Shown here in pieces: positions 1-13,628 of a stretch of DNA of 64,000 nucleotides (its first letter is position 1; each line of letters opens with the position of its first letter). This DNA comes from Octopus vulgaris (lineage: Eukaryota). The notes beneath the pieces are model-generated. The model made no database searches, was not told the origin of the DNA, and saw only the letters and a program-made list of their open reading frames with translations. The stretch is taken from assembly GCA_951406725.2 (NCBI GenBank), contig OX597827.1, forward strand, positions 38,874,001 through 38,938,000. Reading direction: 5' to 3'. Both the position numbers and the translations under genes were made by a program.

Positions 1-2577
1 TTGAACACAGACAGCTGCAGAGAAGATGTATCAGATTGTTCAAGTAATATTCATGTCACAGATGTGGCAACATATTTCCAAAAGTTACCACAAACATAGG
101 TTTTGTTTGTTTTGCATGTGTGTGCATTATATTGTTGACTGAGAAAATGTAGTTGTTCAGGAGAAAGGACTTGAGAGGAAATTGACTTTTTGGCAACAAG
201 AAGAATGCTCCACAAACACAGGCAGATACAGAGTAACCACTGCAAAATCTATTTGGTTTTCCTACTTTCTTTGCTGAATTTGATCATGTGACTGGGGCAC
301 CACCTTAACAGAAGTAAACCATACAAAGAGAATTTTATTAAGGTTTGCATGTGTGAGTGCCATGCATAGGTCAATGGAAGACTAGCTCTACTTAACTACC
401 ACAATTCCACATCAAATTAGATGAATTAAGTCTTATTATTTCCAGAAAATTTACATGTAGTTTCATAGACAAAAAGGGATTTTGATATAAAGACAAGTGA
501 TAAACTTTGGCTACATGACTGACATTAAGTAGATGAGATACCCACAGCACCATGGCATAGTTATATGTACTGATATGTAAAGTATAACCCCCAAAACACA
601 ACAAAATGCACATAATGAACTTGAACTGAAGATCTATGTGCTGATACTCCAATACTTCATCCACTCAATTGTTTTACTGCTACACAATAAATTTTAATCC
701 TGCAAATTTAGTATAAAAAAAAAGAAGAAAATTCTGTACTAACTGACAACACTTAGTTTCCTATGCAGTCCACTCCACTCCAAATGCTGATTTGGAAGAA
801 ATACGCAAAAAGTTGTTTATAATGAATGGCTTTAAGATAGTATTACAATGCTGGTATTGCTAACGGGTTGTCAACAAGAGTTACACGTGGGAGTATTACA
901 GAATAGCTAAGATCTAGCCTAATGATAAAAGATGTGTTGTCTGGTTTGGCTTGTAGGTTCAACTGATAAGTCTACTCTGATTACTCTTTAAATATCCCAC
1001 AGTAACCCCTCTACCAATTTACAGAATTATTTATAAAATATTTTACATCTGTTTTCCATGTGCTAATATGGATTGTATTTTTCTGTAAATACAAAAGCTT
1101 GCAAGAATGATTGAAGTTAGTACTCAAATCTGAATTTTCTCCCTAACACTTTTCAAAAAAAAAAAAAAAAAAAAAGCACTGGTACCTATACTTTTGCTTG
1201 GTAGGGCTAAAGTACTTATCTCAGCTTACTAATAGCTGGAGAATGAGTAGCTATACTCCCAACTATTCTTTAAGTCAACCACTTCCTATATGTTACGAAT
1301 GGAAGTTGCCGTCTTGTCTATTCAACTATCATACAATAACTTGGTATTGTTGACTAATGGAATAATAGTTATATATAAGAATATCTATGACTGTTTAACT
1401 GTACCTTTGAACACAATTTCAAATTTGAATCTTAGTTCATAACTTGAGATAAGCAAAAGGAAGAAGACTTGTCCAGTACCTTGAGCAGTAAACAAAATTT
1501 AACTGGAGATTTCTAAATTTTAACAAGTGTTTGATGTTTAACCAAGTTTATCAGTGAAGACATTAATAATTAATTCAAATAACTGCCCAATTCTTGCTTT
1601 TACAGATATTATCAGCACAACTGTGATAAGATGGAAACTAAATATACCTTCCAGTTCTTATAGAATCGATGGTAGTAGTGGGGACCACATGAAATCTTTT
1701 AAGACTGTCTCAGAAAAAGCATCAACAATATCTCAATCTGCTGCCTAAAGCAAATGAGAAAGAGGCAGATTAATAACAAGTTTGTGGTCAGGTGTTTTAT
1801 CCATATCCATCACCTATGGTAGAATCAACTGCAAAGGAATTTAGCAATGTGGCAAAGGTTCTAGATCAATCTATAGCCAATGTACATAACTTATTTATGA
1901 ATAATCTCTCAAAGTTAATTTATATGTTTAGAGGAAGAAAAACCCAATTTTTGTTTGCAAGTAAGGAACAACTCTGGTGGGTGGATATGTTTCAGTCTAT
2001 AAGCCCTTGTTAGAGTGGACTAGTCAACCACAGCCTGTTTGATCAGCTGACGAAGACTTTTACATATAGAAAAAGAATTTTGAATAAGCTTTTGCCAATA
2101 TAATCAAAAAACAAAATGTTCTAAGGTATATAGCTTCAGTGTGCCACTAGTATAAATTTGGATTCATAGTAAGTTATGGAAAGTTAAGATAATGCTCAAT
2201 GTCATATCTTATCTTTTACTTGTTTTAGTCAATAGACTGCAGCCATGCTGGGGCACCATCTTGAAGAATTCTAGCCAAACATTCTTTACTGAAATTTTCC
2301 TCTAAGATGGCAGAAAGTAAAAGACAGCAGCAATTAGTTGTTAGTGGCTCCCAAAGAAGGAGATGTACTGGAGTGGATTTCTAGTGGTTGAATGTTTTGA
2401 CCATAAATACTGTATATGGGTGACAACATACTAACTACCAACATGTTTAGTATCCTATCCTCCTTGCCATTTAAACAACCACTTTTTTGGGAGGTTCAAA
2501 CCCAACCAAAAAATTATACACTCAATCGAGAACATATCCATAATGTCTCAGTATAACTGCATTACAACATCAACAAT

Positions 2578-2780
2578 AATCCTTTCTATCATAGGCACAA
2601 GGCCTGAAACTTGGGACGGGACGGGGCGCAGTTGATTACATCGATCCCAGTGTTTCACTAGTACTTAATTTATTGACCTCGAAAGGATGAAAGGCAAAGT
2701 TGATCTCAGAACATGCAGATGGATGAAATACTGCCAAGCATTTGCTCAGCGTGCTAACAATTCTGCCAGTTCGTCACCAT
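2578..2780 (-). mobile_element. SINE family B
   Basis: Same diagnostic segments as 18355-18950. Confidence 0.85.
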
Positions 2781-3446
2781 CATATAATAACACACACACA
2801 CACACATATATATTGTTTGTTGGACTGGTGCCAATTTCAAGAACAGAAATCACAATAAAATATTTTAAAAGTGGTGCTTCAGCATGGTTACAACCTTTGG
2901 CTGAAACCCATAGAAGTAGAGCTATCCTTTGTGTCGTAACACATTTTAATCAGTTCAAACTCTGAAATGCCTTCTTACATGTTTTTCTCTAGACTGGCTT
3001 TCAGCCTTATAACTTTTATTTCTGATAGTCTCAATATTCTCAAAAACTAGGCATGTAATCAGAATAATTCAGAAAATTTAAATTACAACTAGAATAAATT
3101 CAGGATTCTTAAACAGAATTAACATAACTGAGTTATATATCAAATTGAAGTTTGAGGTTTAATGTTTCTTTTGGAAAACAAATGAGTTTTAAAAAAGTGA
3201 TGCCCACTCTACCTCCCAACCCCAGCAGCTACCTGGTATGAAAGAAAAAAAAATCAGTTCAACTATTGTCTTCCAAAGATAACCAAAGTGAAGTTTAGCC
3301 TATAAATCCCTCAGTATGCAGCTTTGGCCACACACATACCTTACAATATCATTCTAAAAGTTAACAGTTACCTCTTAAAAATCTGAAAGCCGCAAGATAA
3401 TGCATGAATAATCCAAAACAATGTGAATAAATAAATATTACATTTG

Positions 3447-3449
<3 letters not shown>

Positions 3450-3539
<90 letters not shown>

Positions 3540-3548
3540 CATACATAT
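3450..3548. repeat. Compound (TG)n-(TATG)n-(TA)n microsatellite
   Basis: Direct inspection. Confidence 0.95.
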
Positions 3549-3665
3549 GTGTGACCGCGTGTGTACCGTTGGCGATTTTTTTCCTCTGTCTTCCTTCTTT
3601 CCTGAGCGTCCAATAATACTATATTTGTTCCACGTCCTCGTGTTGTGTTTTCTTGTTTGGATTAA

Positions 3666-3710
<45 letters not shown>

Positions 3711-6700
3711 AAAAGCTATGCCCAGAATAATGCCACTCCAATAATTCTAGATCTGCTCAAGCAAATTTAGCACTGGAGCCAACATAATCGTAACTCAAGC
3801 CAACGAAAGCATCTGTACATGACTGCCGGTGTGCTAGAAATATCAACAAAAACCTACCTCACATTACACTATAACATCTTGTAGGTTTTGAGTTAATGAG
3901 GAAAGCCTCCACACGGTCAAGTAACCATGTGGAGTCAAATCTCTGCCAAATCGCACTGTGACATCTTAAAAAGAAGGGAAGGACGTCTTGGATAATGCAA
4001 ACATAGATAAATACCTTATATTCGAAAACAAAACGGAGGGAAAGGTCGAGGTTAAATATCTTTGACCAGAGGCTTGCATATTTACTTGTCCAAGCACAAC
4101 CAAATAAAGAACGTTATGACTTTTTTGTAATAGCCATACCTACAATTTTTGTAAGATTTGTTTTCTTTCATTCCACCTTTTCACGTCTTGTAAAAACAAA
4201 AGTTGATAGAGAATTCTATTGAACTGGATGATGATTTCCAATTCCGAGAGCTTGCAGCTCATTCATATAGAATTACTGATTAAAAACACAGTGAATTTGG
4301 AGACATAGACGGTCAAAAATACCTTTGGTTGTCTAAATCTCCAAAGAATCTTTTGAAGAAGATATTAACATAACATATTATCTTAAATTTGCACACCAAA
4401 CCCGTTCGTAAGGCGAACTGTAAGTGGTTGACATGAACACAGCTGACTACAGTCATCCGGACAGAGTTTGAACTTAAAAGCAAATATTGCAAGGCGATTT
4501 ATTACGGCGTTCTATCGTTTCTACTAACGTAATTAGAAACGGTAACTAATAACACTATGTCCAGAATAGAAAGATCTGATGTTCCGGCTTTAGTCAGTAG
4601 GTATGCTGGATCAAGGCTAGCCCGAAATTCAACAACATTTAAATATTTTCATACATCACAGTGGTACCCCAGTATGGCCATAGCAGAAAGGTTGAAAGCA
4701 ATCGAAAGAATAAAAGGATATATTTTAGTAAAGCAGACCGTATATACATCCGGGCGCTGTTTCAGTATGGCCAAGCAGCTAAAAAATTACGCTCACCAAA
4801 GAACAGCCTGTAAAACACGAGTATTTTTGGAAGAGCATCTTAACCAACTACAGAGCAGTTTCCACGTGGAGTAATTACAATAAGCACTAATAAAATTTCT
4901 TCAAGACCATATAGTAATTCATTGCGGGCAATGTTTGTTTAAGCCTCAGGTCAGCTGACAATGAGCAACCGTAACACCGAAAGCCTTCCAGTAGTGACCA
5001 TCCCGTCTTCTACAGACAGTGTATTTAGCACTACAATATCTATCTTTTTTTTTTAACGCAACATGGGTTGTGATTTGACTGTTGTTTTTAATAGCTCGAG
5101 AGAATACCCAGTTCATTTTCCGTTTTCTTGATCATGTACGTTGTATTTGTATCGCCCCACGTCAGCTTTGCTTGAGCAAATCTCTAATTAAAAATATTCT
5201 AGCCCTGACTACTGTGTAGTGGTTCTCAACCAGGGCTCATATAAGATTCTGTGGTTAAAGTTTATGTGCAACAAATTAGTTATACTTCTATAATTCACAA
5301 AACTTCTTATTTTGAAGCCTGTGATCCGGCGACAAGGTCTCGCAGATTGAGTGACGACAGAGGCTCCTTCGTTGGCTTGTGTGCGCTGTGTTGTGGACTG
5401 ATGTTATGCACGTTATAAGTCATGCAATCGTTTGTGTAGCTGTGTCAGCCCTGATCGAGCAGACTTATGATGATCAAAGATGCAATTCAGATACAGTGCA
5501 TCTTAAAATATATAAACCATTGTATCCTTCCTTTCTTAAAACAGAATGTAACTAAAAGAAATTTAGACTGGTATTTCTAGCAAGTCAAATGACTACGTAG
5601 CGGTCCCATTATTGCTCGTTGTGTATGTGCAGTGCATTACATGTGCGCACGCCAGTGGTTTCCCATATATATAGAGTCCATATGTAAATGTTCGCTGGTG
5701 CTCTATATACAGTATCTCATAGGTCTACCTTTTTGAACATAAAACATGTTGAAAGGCCTTCTTACCAACGAGACACTCAGCATCTATAGGCGCGCTGCGA
5801 TGTACGAATGTGTTGGTTATTACTATTATTATTAAACATGTGTAAGTGCGCGCGTAATTACGGCACAAATGTGTGTGTGTGTGTGTGTATATTAATTTGT
5901 GCCGTTTTTATGTATCTGCCGACAATATTTAAATGAAAGAATTTTCCCCCCAATGCTCACCAAATAATATAATTACAAGGAATTTGCAGGGACTCGTGTT
6001 TAGTCTGAGTCGACAAGAATCAATTTAAAAAAGAAATACACGTTCGCATTCCTCATTTTTTTATAACTGAGAAAAAAGTTGACTGAAGAGGGGAGGTAAC
6101 TGTAAGGTAGGCGCGACATGGCTTACATTTTGGTCTTAGATTAATTATATTTCACTAATGAAGAGACAGAAAGAAGAACGATCGGTTCTCATTTAATACT
6201 AATTGAGAATATGAGCAATTAAGAATTGAATTTTTAATCAAGAATTTAAAACTAAATCTGAAAGAAAAACAAAACAAAAAATCTACTAAAACCAGAAGAT
6301 GGTAGTTGGGAATAAGCGAAATGAGTTGAGTGGAGCAAGTTATTTCCCCGTTTACACACTCCAAGACATTTTTTATCCTTAAAAACATTGTTGGTAAAAC
6401 GTGAAAAAACAGTATTGAAGATTTCTTCAAAAATTTAAGATAATTTTACAGAACCAATCACAGAAATATTTGTTCATCAAGAAAAAACAATGCATCCTAA
6501 AGTTGTTGGCATCAGCTTTGAAATAAAATAATGGTGTAAAACACAGACAAAAAGCAAAAAAAAAATCTAGGCTTTTGCTAGAAATTAAAAAAATAATCTA
6601 AATTTAAGAAGCATTGTTTTTTTCTTTTTTCTTACTTACAATTTAAAAAACAATTAAGTAGCATCGTCCATCTCGACAATTTCACAAATCTAAACAAGTA

Positions 6701-7011
6701 CAAGGCTTCTAAGTTACATGGCAGAGTGTTTTAAAAAATGTTTTTCAGAATAAAATTAACAGCATTGTATTTTTGTTTAAATTTGCTTTTTTTACAATTA
6801 ATTTACATATTTGAATTAACCATAAATAAATAAAACATTTTAAGCGCTGACTGCTTGCGTTTGTTTTAAGTTTCGTTATGAATAGAAAGAAAGCATTTTT
6901 TTTAAAGATCATCTTGCTCCGCGCGCATATTTTAGGTTTACATGCGAAAACGTAAAGATTAACCAACCAAAACAAGAGATAAAATCTTAAAACATGGAAA
7001 TCGGTACTTAC

Positions 7012-7137
7012 CTCTGTCCGTTGCTGCAGTCTTTTGTTTAAGTCGTATATCCGATATTCCGGTTGACCCATGTTGTTGTACGGCGTATGTCGCCTATAGT
7101 AGGTAGAGAAAGACGAATAGAAAGGATCCGAATTCAT
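7012..7137 (-). CDS. LDB2: LIM domain-binding protein (LDB/Chip family, LDB2-like N-terminus), first coding exon; the gene continues beyond the left edge of the window
   Basis: Translates MNSDPFYSSFSTYYRRHTPYNNMGQPEYRIYDLNKRLQQRTE, closely matching the vertebrate LDB2 N-terminus as I recall it (DPFYSS..FYRRHTPY..QPEYRIYEMNKRLQ.RTE). ATG is in CCACCATG context. The 126-nt segment ends at a phase-0 donor GAG|GTAAGT (GT at 7011-7010). The ORF continuation past RTE is intron read-through. The expected next exon (..DNLWWDAF..) was not found in 1-7010. Invertebrates typically have one LDB gene, so the symbol reflects similarity rather than strict orthology. Confidence 0.93.
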
Positions 7138-9800
7138 GGTGGAAGAAGTTTATATATACTAGATATATAGATATATATACATACAAATAGATATATTTAT
7201 ATCTATATATCAGAGGATGTATAATAAGATTATCTGCGATGAAGATTTTCAATGAGGGAGAAGACAAAATAAATTTAACTTTTGAATGTGTTGCTATATA
7301 TATTATATATGTACATATAGCACGTGTCCACTCTTCAATGGTGGTAACCAAGGGACCCCCCTAAAAAAAAAAAAAAACGAAAAAAATGGAGATATGTGGT
7401 AGTTGACTGGGCTACCCGTCCTTTGCTACGGATGTCATTCAGAATGACAAATATATCTACAAGTCCTTCTGAAGTCCAACTGGGGACCGATCTTTTCCAT
7501 CGTTGACCACTAATGTGGTGTGGTTGTGGTGTTATGTTCTGTTGTCTGCTGGTGTTGCTGCTGTGATGGTTAGTGGTTGTTGGTATTTCACCACATCCCA
7601 CCACCGTCTTTTTCATCAAAGCCGACCACTGGAGATTGAAACAAGCACCGGCGACAACATATCCACTTAAGAGAGAGAGAGATAGAGATAGATAGAAAGA
7701 AAGGGAGAGAGAGAAATACAGTCTGCTTCGTGTTGTTGTCAGCGTCGACGCCAACGCGTTTTGAGTTTAACGATGTTGTTGTTGTTGTTGTTGATGTTCA
7801 TGTGCGGGGAGGAATGAGGAGAGTTAAAATTTCTGAACAAAGAAATGTGTAAGGCTTTTTTGAAAACTAAACTAAAATCTGGCAACAACACCAATCCGTC
7901 GTCGTTCGGTACATGTTTCCTTTGAGAGAGAAAGAGAGAGAGAGAGAAACAAAGAAATTCTTTAAAAGAAATCTTCAAATATGCCCAAAGGAGTGGAGAA
8001 AAAGTGTAGTTAGTGGTAAATAAGCGACGACTGTACAATAATATAGTGGAGTTGATGAGTCCATGTGTAACGTCAGACAGGTGAAGCTATTTTTATCTGT
8101 AGCCTGGGCCAGAAACCCCATCCACAGCACGCTAGCTATAAGCTAGCACATAGCCAGGCTTCCTATCTCTCTTATGGTTAGACAACACACTTGCTTACAC
8201 AGACACACGATGTGTATATATATATGTGTGTAGTCTTTAATTGCGACTGTTGTTGTTGTTGGTAGCGGCGGCGGCGGTAGTGGCAGTGAGGGTTTGCGCC
8301 AGATTGTATGTATGTAGTAGAGTGGTTGTTACTCTACTACCACTACCATAACGACTGCAGCAGCACTTGCTGCTGATACTACTACTACTACTGCCAAAAA
8401 GAAAACACAACTGTTACCACTACTACTGCTACTACAAAACACAGCTACTGCTGCTGCTGCCGCTACTACTACTACTACTACCACTACCTGCTGGCAGAAC
8501 TACCACCATCACCACCACCCCCAACAACAACGGTAACAAGAACTGAACTACTACTTCGTTTACCACTACCACCGCTACTACTACTACTTCGTTTACCACC
8601 ACCGCTACTACTACTACTACTACTTCGATATCAATCGCTGGCACCACCGCTACCACAACACTAATATAGCTTTATCATCACCGTTACCACCACCACCAGT
8701 AATGCTACTGCTACATCACCATTATTATTATTATTAATGTATCGCCATCGCCATCAACAACTACTAAATGCTCAGTGTTCTCGTGTATGTATGTATGTGT
8801 ATGTGTGCGTTTATGTATGTATTTGGAGCGCACGGCTTAAACTATATAGAGGACTGTGTGAGTATGAGGGGCTTAGCCGGAGTACGCGTACATGTGTGTA
8901 TATGTGTGCGTGTACGCAGCAAAGAACTCTGGGAAATTGACTGATAGTTGAGATAGTATAAGAACTAAATATTGAGTTGGTGATTTTAGTGGAGGAATGG
9001 TGAGAGATAGAGATAGAGAGAAAGAGAGAGGGTAAGAGGAAGGAGGGATAAATCAACTGCAAGGACGAACGAGGGGAGGAGGAGAAAGATTATAAGGTAT
9101 GAGTGATGATTAGCAAGAGGGAAGGGGAGGAGGTAGGAATTGTGGTGGAAGGTGGTGGTGGGGAGAGAAAGAGAAACAGAGAAGGAAGAGCGAGGAAGGA
9201 GACGAAGAATACGTGAAAATTAGATAAGAGGGACAAGGGAGGAAGTCTAGATGAAGGTTAGATAAGAGAGAGAGAGAGAAAAATAGAAAAAAGAGAGACA
9301 GAAATGAGAGCATGTGTAAGGGGCATAGGGTGAGTTACATGAAACAGGGACAAACGATCTCCCACCTATTTCCCCACTTCCTCCAACTATTCGCTCGCCC
9401 TCTCTCACTCACACAGCAACACACGTAAAGCACAAAGTCAATAATACATAGACACACACACATATATATATATTATACACCCATTATATATACATATATA
9501 ATATGTGCGTATATATATATATAGGAAACACGCAAATCCAGCAAGATTAGTTGCATGTTGAAGCAAGTTTCTCAGGCTGACTAGCTACATTGCTAAAAAG
9601 CAGTGCAAGGTTTCAGACAACTACTGCTACTACCACTTCTGCTGCTGCTTCCTCTACTATTACTACTCCTGCTTCAGGCACCGACGTCGCCTTCACAATA
9701 TATGATAGCAGTTGGTAGTTGAGAGACAGAGCGAGGGAGGGGAGATGAATGTTGAAGGCCGTGTATGTGTATGTTAGCATGTGTGAATGTGAGTGTGTGT
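7138..9800 (-). promoter_or_regulatory. Probable 5'UTR/promoter region of the LDB gene
   Basis: Immediately upstream of the ATG. Relatively CpG-rich and free of recognisable SINEs, with GA/CT tracts, trinucleotide runs and GCTAGC/TAGCTA-rich patches (about 8130-8160 and 9575-9600). The TSS cannot be located from sequence alone. Confidence 0.45.
8240..8740. repeat. Trinucleotide low-complexity tract (ACT/ACC/GCT); similar tracts at 11575-11830 and 12680-12945
   Basis: Direct inspection; includes a duplicated CTACTACTTCGTTTACCAC unit. Confidence 0.9.
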
Positions 9801-11859
9801 ATGTAACTAGCTCACTTCATCACACCACTGATATTGCTCTGGACCAACACACACACACACACACATTACCATTGAGACAAACGAGGAAGCCTCCTCTAAT
9901 CGGTCGCACGATCTGCTTAGAAGCAACCAAATCTTCCCCCAAATAACACCCTAGTCTTTTTAAAAGGGATATTTATTCGATGGTCCTCGATGCACAGTTT
10001 GAAATAAAAAGACGATATGGTCAGAGATGGAGTGCTTTTGTCTATAGGTTTGCTCGTTGCAGGTTTTTACTCGGGGCTATACAACACACCAAATCAATTA
10101 ATGTTTGTATGCAAGCAAAAATTGTGGTAATGACCGTAGTCGCTGGACCTGCTAGAAATAGTAGCTAAACTTCCCTTAATTCACACACAGACACACTAGT
10201 GTTAAAAAAATAGGACACAAGTAGTCCTACATAAAACTATTTGAATAAAAGATGGGATGGACATGGCTGGAACGTCGCTAATCATAGGTGGGCTCGATTA
10301 GGGCTGATTTGGGTTTAAACAACACAAGTTAATGGATCAGTGCAAGTACAGTAGTAATAGTAGTTCATAACTTCCTCTACATCCCTAACATAACAGCAAC
10401 AATAAAAGAATATCACTTAGCCCCCAACAAAACACGTCACCATCGTCATCAACACTGAAACACCACCGCCATCACTAACACTAACAACAACACAAGCACA
10501 ATTGTAAATATGGTGACCTTGTTTAGTGGTGGTTATTTATGTTTGTTCGTTTATTTTCAAATATAAACGTTATAAATATTCATGTTTGGCGAGAAAGAGA
10601 GAGAAAGAGGTATAAAGCAGCTTGTGCCTACGTGCAAATAGTAACATGGTAAGTGAAGGAGATGGGTGGAGTGTCAGGGTTGCGTTGATAATTGGTTGGT
10701 TGGTTGGTTGTTTCGTTAGTTGGCAGTAAAATAAGAAAGTAATAAGCAACTAAGCAAGAGCTCGTTGGTCCTCACTACCACTATTGTTGCCGCCGCTGCT
10801 GCTATCAAGTCCCTAGTTTTTAGTTCACAGTGAAGCGAGAGCACTTATTACAGAAAACTAGGCAAAAGAGTTGGTGCTAGCATCACACACCTACAACTAC
10901 CGACCGTTGCCAAGTTCCTAGTTGATTGTTGCTGGTGTTGTTAGCTCAGATTCAGCAAACCTATGACCAAAAAAGTTCCGGTCAGGTAAAAAAAAAGTAC
11001 GGTCCTTTAACGTTATAAGATCAAATTTTGTTAAGTTAACTGTGCCTTATCTTTTCGGTACGATAAAATAAAGTACCAATCTGTACTATTCGGATTATTA
11101 TTCCCATTATGCATTCTAGATGTGAATGGAATTATGACGCGTTGAAGCAATGCATCCTTTATAATGGATGTTAGGGTGTCGTTTGAGATTTGCTTATTTT
11201 TAACATATCCCCTCCCTATTTGTTTAACTGCTTGGTTAGTAAAACAAGGAAGTAATTAAGCAACTATGCAAAAGTTAGAGATAGAATCACAAGCACCACC
11301 ACCACCACCCAGCGCTACAAAATCTATACATAGCTAGCTGGTTGCTTGGTAGTGAAAGCAAGAAGGTAATTAGCTACTAGACAAGAGTTGGTGCTAGCAA
11401 CAGTACCACTATTGCTAAATCCCTAGTTGGCTAGTTGTTTTTTTTTATTTTTTACTTTTACGATCTATTTATTTATTTTTACAACATACACATCGATTTT
11501 GTCCCATTTCTGTACTGACTAACTCGTGGTTCACTCATCAAACCTAATTTAAAAGACTTGACTTAGTGTCAACGTCAGTAGCAACAGCAACAGCAGTCAC
11601 ACCACTACTGCTACTACAACTACTACTACAATATTACCATTAGCCATAGCCACCACCACTACTACTATTAATACTACTCGCAGCTACGATCTCCGCCGCC
11701 GCCTCAGTTGCTGCTGCTGCTACTACTACTACTACTACCGTTACCCCTACAACTATCATTTCCTTTAAAATAACGCACCACTATCACTACTACCACCACC
11801 ACCACCACCATCAATATACCAAAGCAACAATAATACTTAATACCAACCAAACTCGAGCC

Positions 11860-12680
11860 AACCAGTGAGAGCATTTACGTGGTCACTCGTCGAGTTAGAA
11901 ATAGCGACCATACCTCGCCTCACTCAAAATCACATCTTGTAAATAAATAAAGGGAAAGGACACGTTAGGTAACGAAATCCTACACACCCCTAAACAGACA
12001 AAATGGTTGTGGCTGGAAATACGCATTGATCAGGGTTGACCTGGAGCTATAAACAACAACACATTACTAATATCACCATCACAACTAACACCGCCACCTT
12101 AATACCATTATTACTTCCTACACCACCCACCACCACCGCCCGCGCCAACAAAACAACTACAACGAGGGAAGCTCCCAATGAAGCCATTAGATCCGCTAGA
12201 AATAGCAGCAGAATTTCCTTCCTTCAATCCACCTCGCGTTATAAAAAAAAAGTGCGATCGTGTGTAAATGTGGGGACGTTGGACAATGTAGTTCTAGGTA
12301 TATACAGACAAGATGGTCATAGCTGGAATGCCTTTGAACATTAGGATACTCAATCAAAACTGAACCACCACCACTTCTAATACTAAACGTAATAATAATA
12401 ACAATTTCTTTATTAGCCACAAGGGCACAGATGTGTATGCGGCAATAACACTACTTTTAAGAGCCAAACGAGGGAATCCGCTACATGGTCGTTCGAACGG
12501 TTAGAAATAGCAGCAATATTTTCCTCAAACTACATCAAATCTTTTTATATATATATAGACAAGATACATTTGATAATGCAGACTTATAAACCACTAAAAA
12601 GACGAGATGGTCATGACTGGTATACCTTTTGATCATAGGTCGTCTGCTCAATCACGGTTGACCTGGGGTTAAACAACACT
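11860..12680 (+). repeat. Three consecutive copies of a ~200-230 bp interspersed repeat, family D (also about 3800-4110, 4930-5620 reverse, 10130-10325, 17200-17750, 20930-21230 reverse, 27730-27925)
   Basis: Recurring GCTAGAAATAGCAGC..CTCAAATCACA..TTGGATAATGTAG..GATGGTCA..GCTGGAATGCCTTTGA..GGTTGACCTGGGG.TAAACAAC. No tRNA head seen. Confidence 0.8.
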
Positions 12681-13586
12681 AACATTAATACCACTACTAA
12701 TAATACTATGAACACCACCAGTATCATCAGCGTTATCAACACAACTTCCCTCCTCCACCAGCAGCAGCAGTACCATCACCCCCTATCTCCACCACCATAG
12801 CTACTACCAACATCACCATTACCACCATCACCAATAGCAGCAGCACCACTACCACCATGAACATTACCACCACCACTTCCAGCAGCAGCAGTACCACCAC
12901 CATCACCACAACAGTAACACTACCACCACCACCACCAGCACAACACCGTGAGAAGGTCGTCAGTTCTGAACGTTGTATCAGACGACACATTGCACAAATA
13001 TTTCTAGGTCATCAGTTGCAAGTCTCAAAACCAAAACCAAATTTAAAAAAAGAAAAGAAAAAGAAAACATCCAAGAGCAGAGAGAAAGAAATGAAAGAAA
13101 AAAAAAAGAGGATAATGAATGATAAAACCTTTAAATTTTAACAGAAATGTTCTGAAAGAAGCTGACTTTACGTATAAAACATCTCCAAAACTCAAGAGAT
13201 TTTTTTTTTTTAAGTTGGAAAATAATGCACTGTACAATTTAATTTTTTTTTTTAAATGTACATTTGAAATTTACTCATACACATACACACATACAAACAT
13301 GCATACACACACAAACACATGCAAGCACACACACACTTTAAAAGATAAGATGCATTTCGTTCTTCTTTTGTCTTTAACTCTGTTTCTAATGGACAGACAA
13401 GCAGAGAGGAATGATGGGCGCTCTTTCCAACGACAGTCAGGTCTGTGAAATGCAAGTAATAAGCCCAATCTAGCTGTGAATATGTAGCCCCTGTTTCAAG
13501 CTGTTCATATTTTAGTAATTGATGTTAAATACATAAGATTTATGAATGACTATGAGTGTGCGTATGTATATTTATGTGTGTGTGTG

Positions 13587-13628
<42 letters not shown>

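Noticed and set aside
1960-1995. QLWWVDMF as a possible next LDB exon (NLWWDAF)
   Set aside because: Wrong strand and poor match.
3361-3744. Overlapping [12 protein letters not shown] ORFs (also at 40.9-41.5 kb and 49-51 kb)
   Set aside because: Translations of dinucleotide microsatellites.
6745-7011. C-terminal 88 aa of the 130-aa ORF
   Set aside because: Lies past the GTAAGT donor; T-rich intron read-through with no LDB similarity.
12736-13141. Poly-V/T/P ORFs resembling mucin or membrane proteins (also 8432-8656)
   Set aside because: Trinucleotide low-complexity DNA with no splice or domain support.
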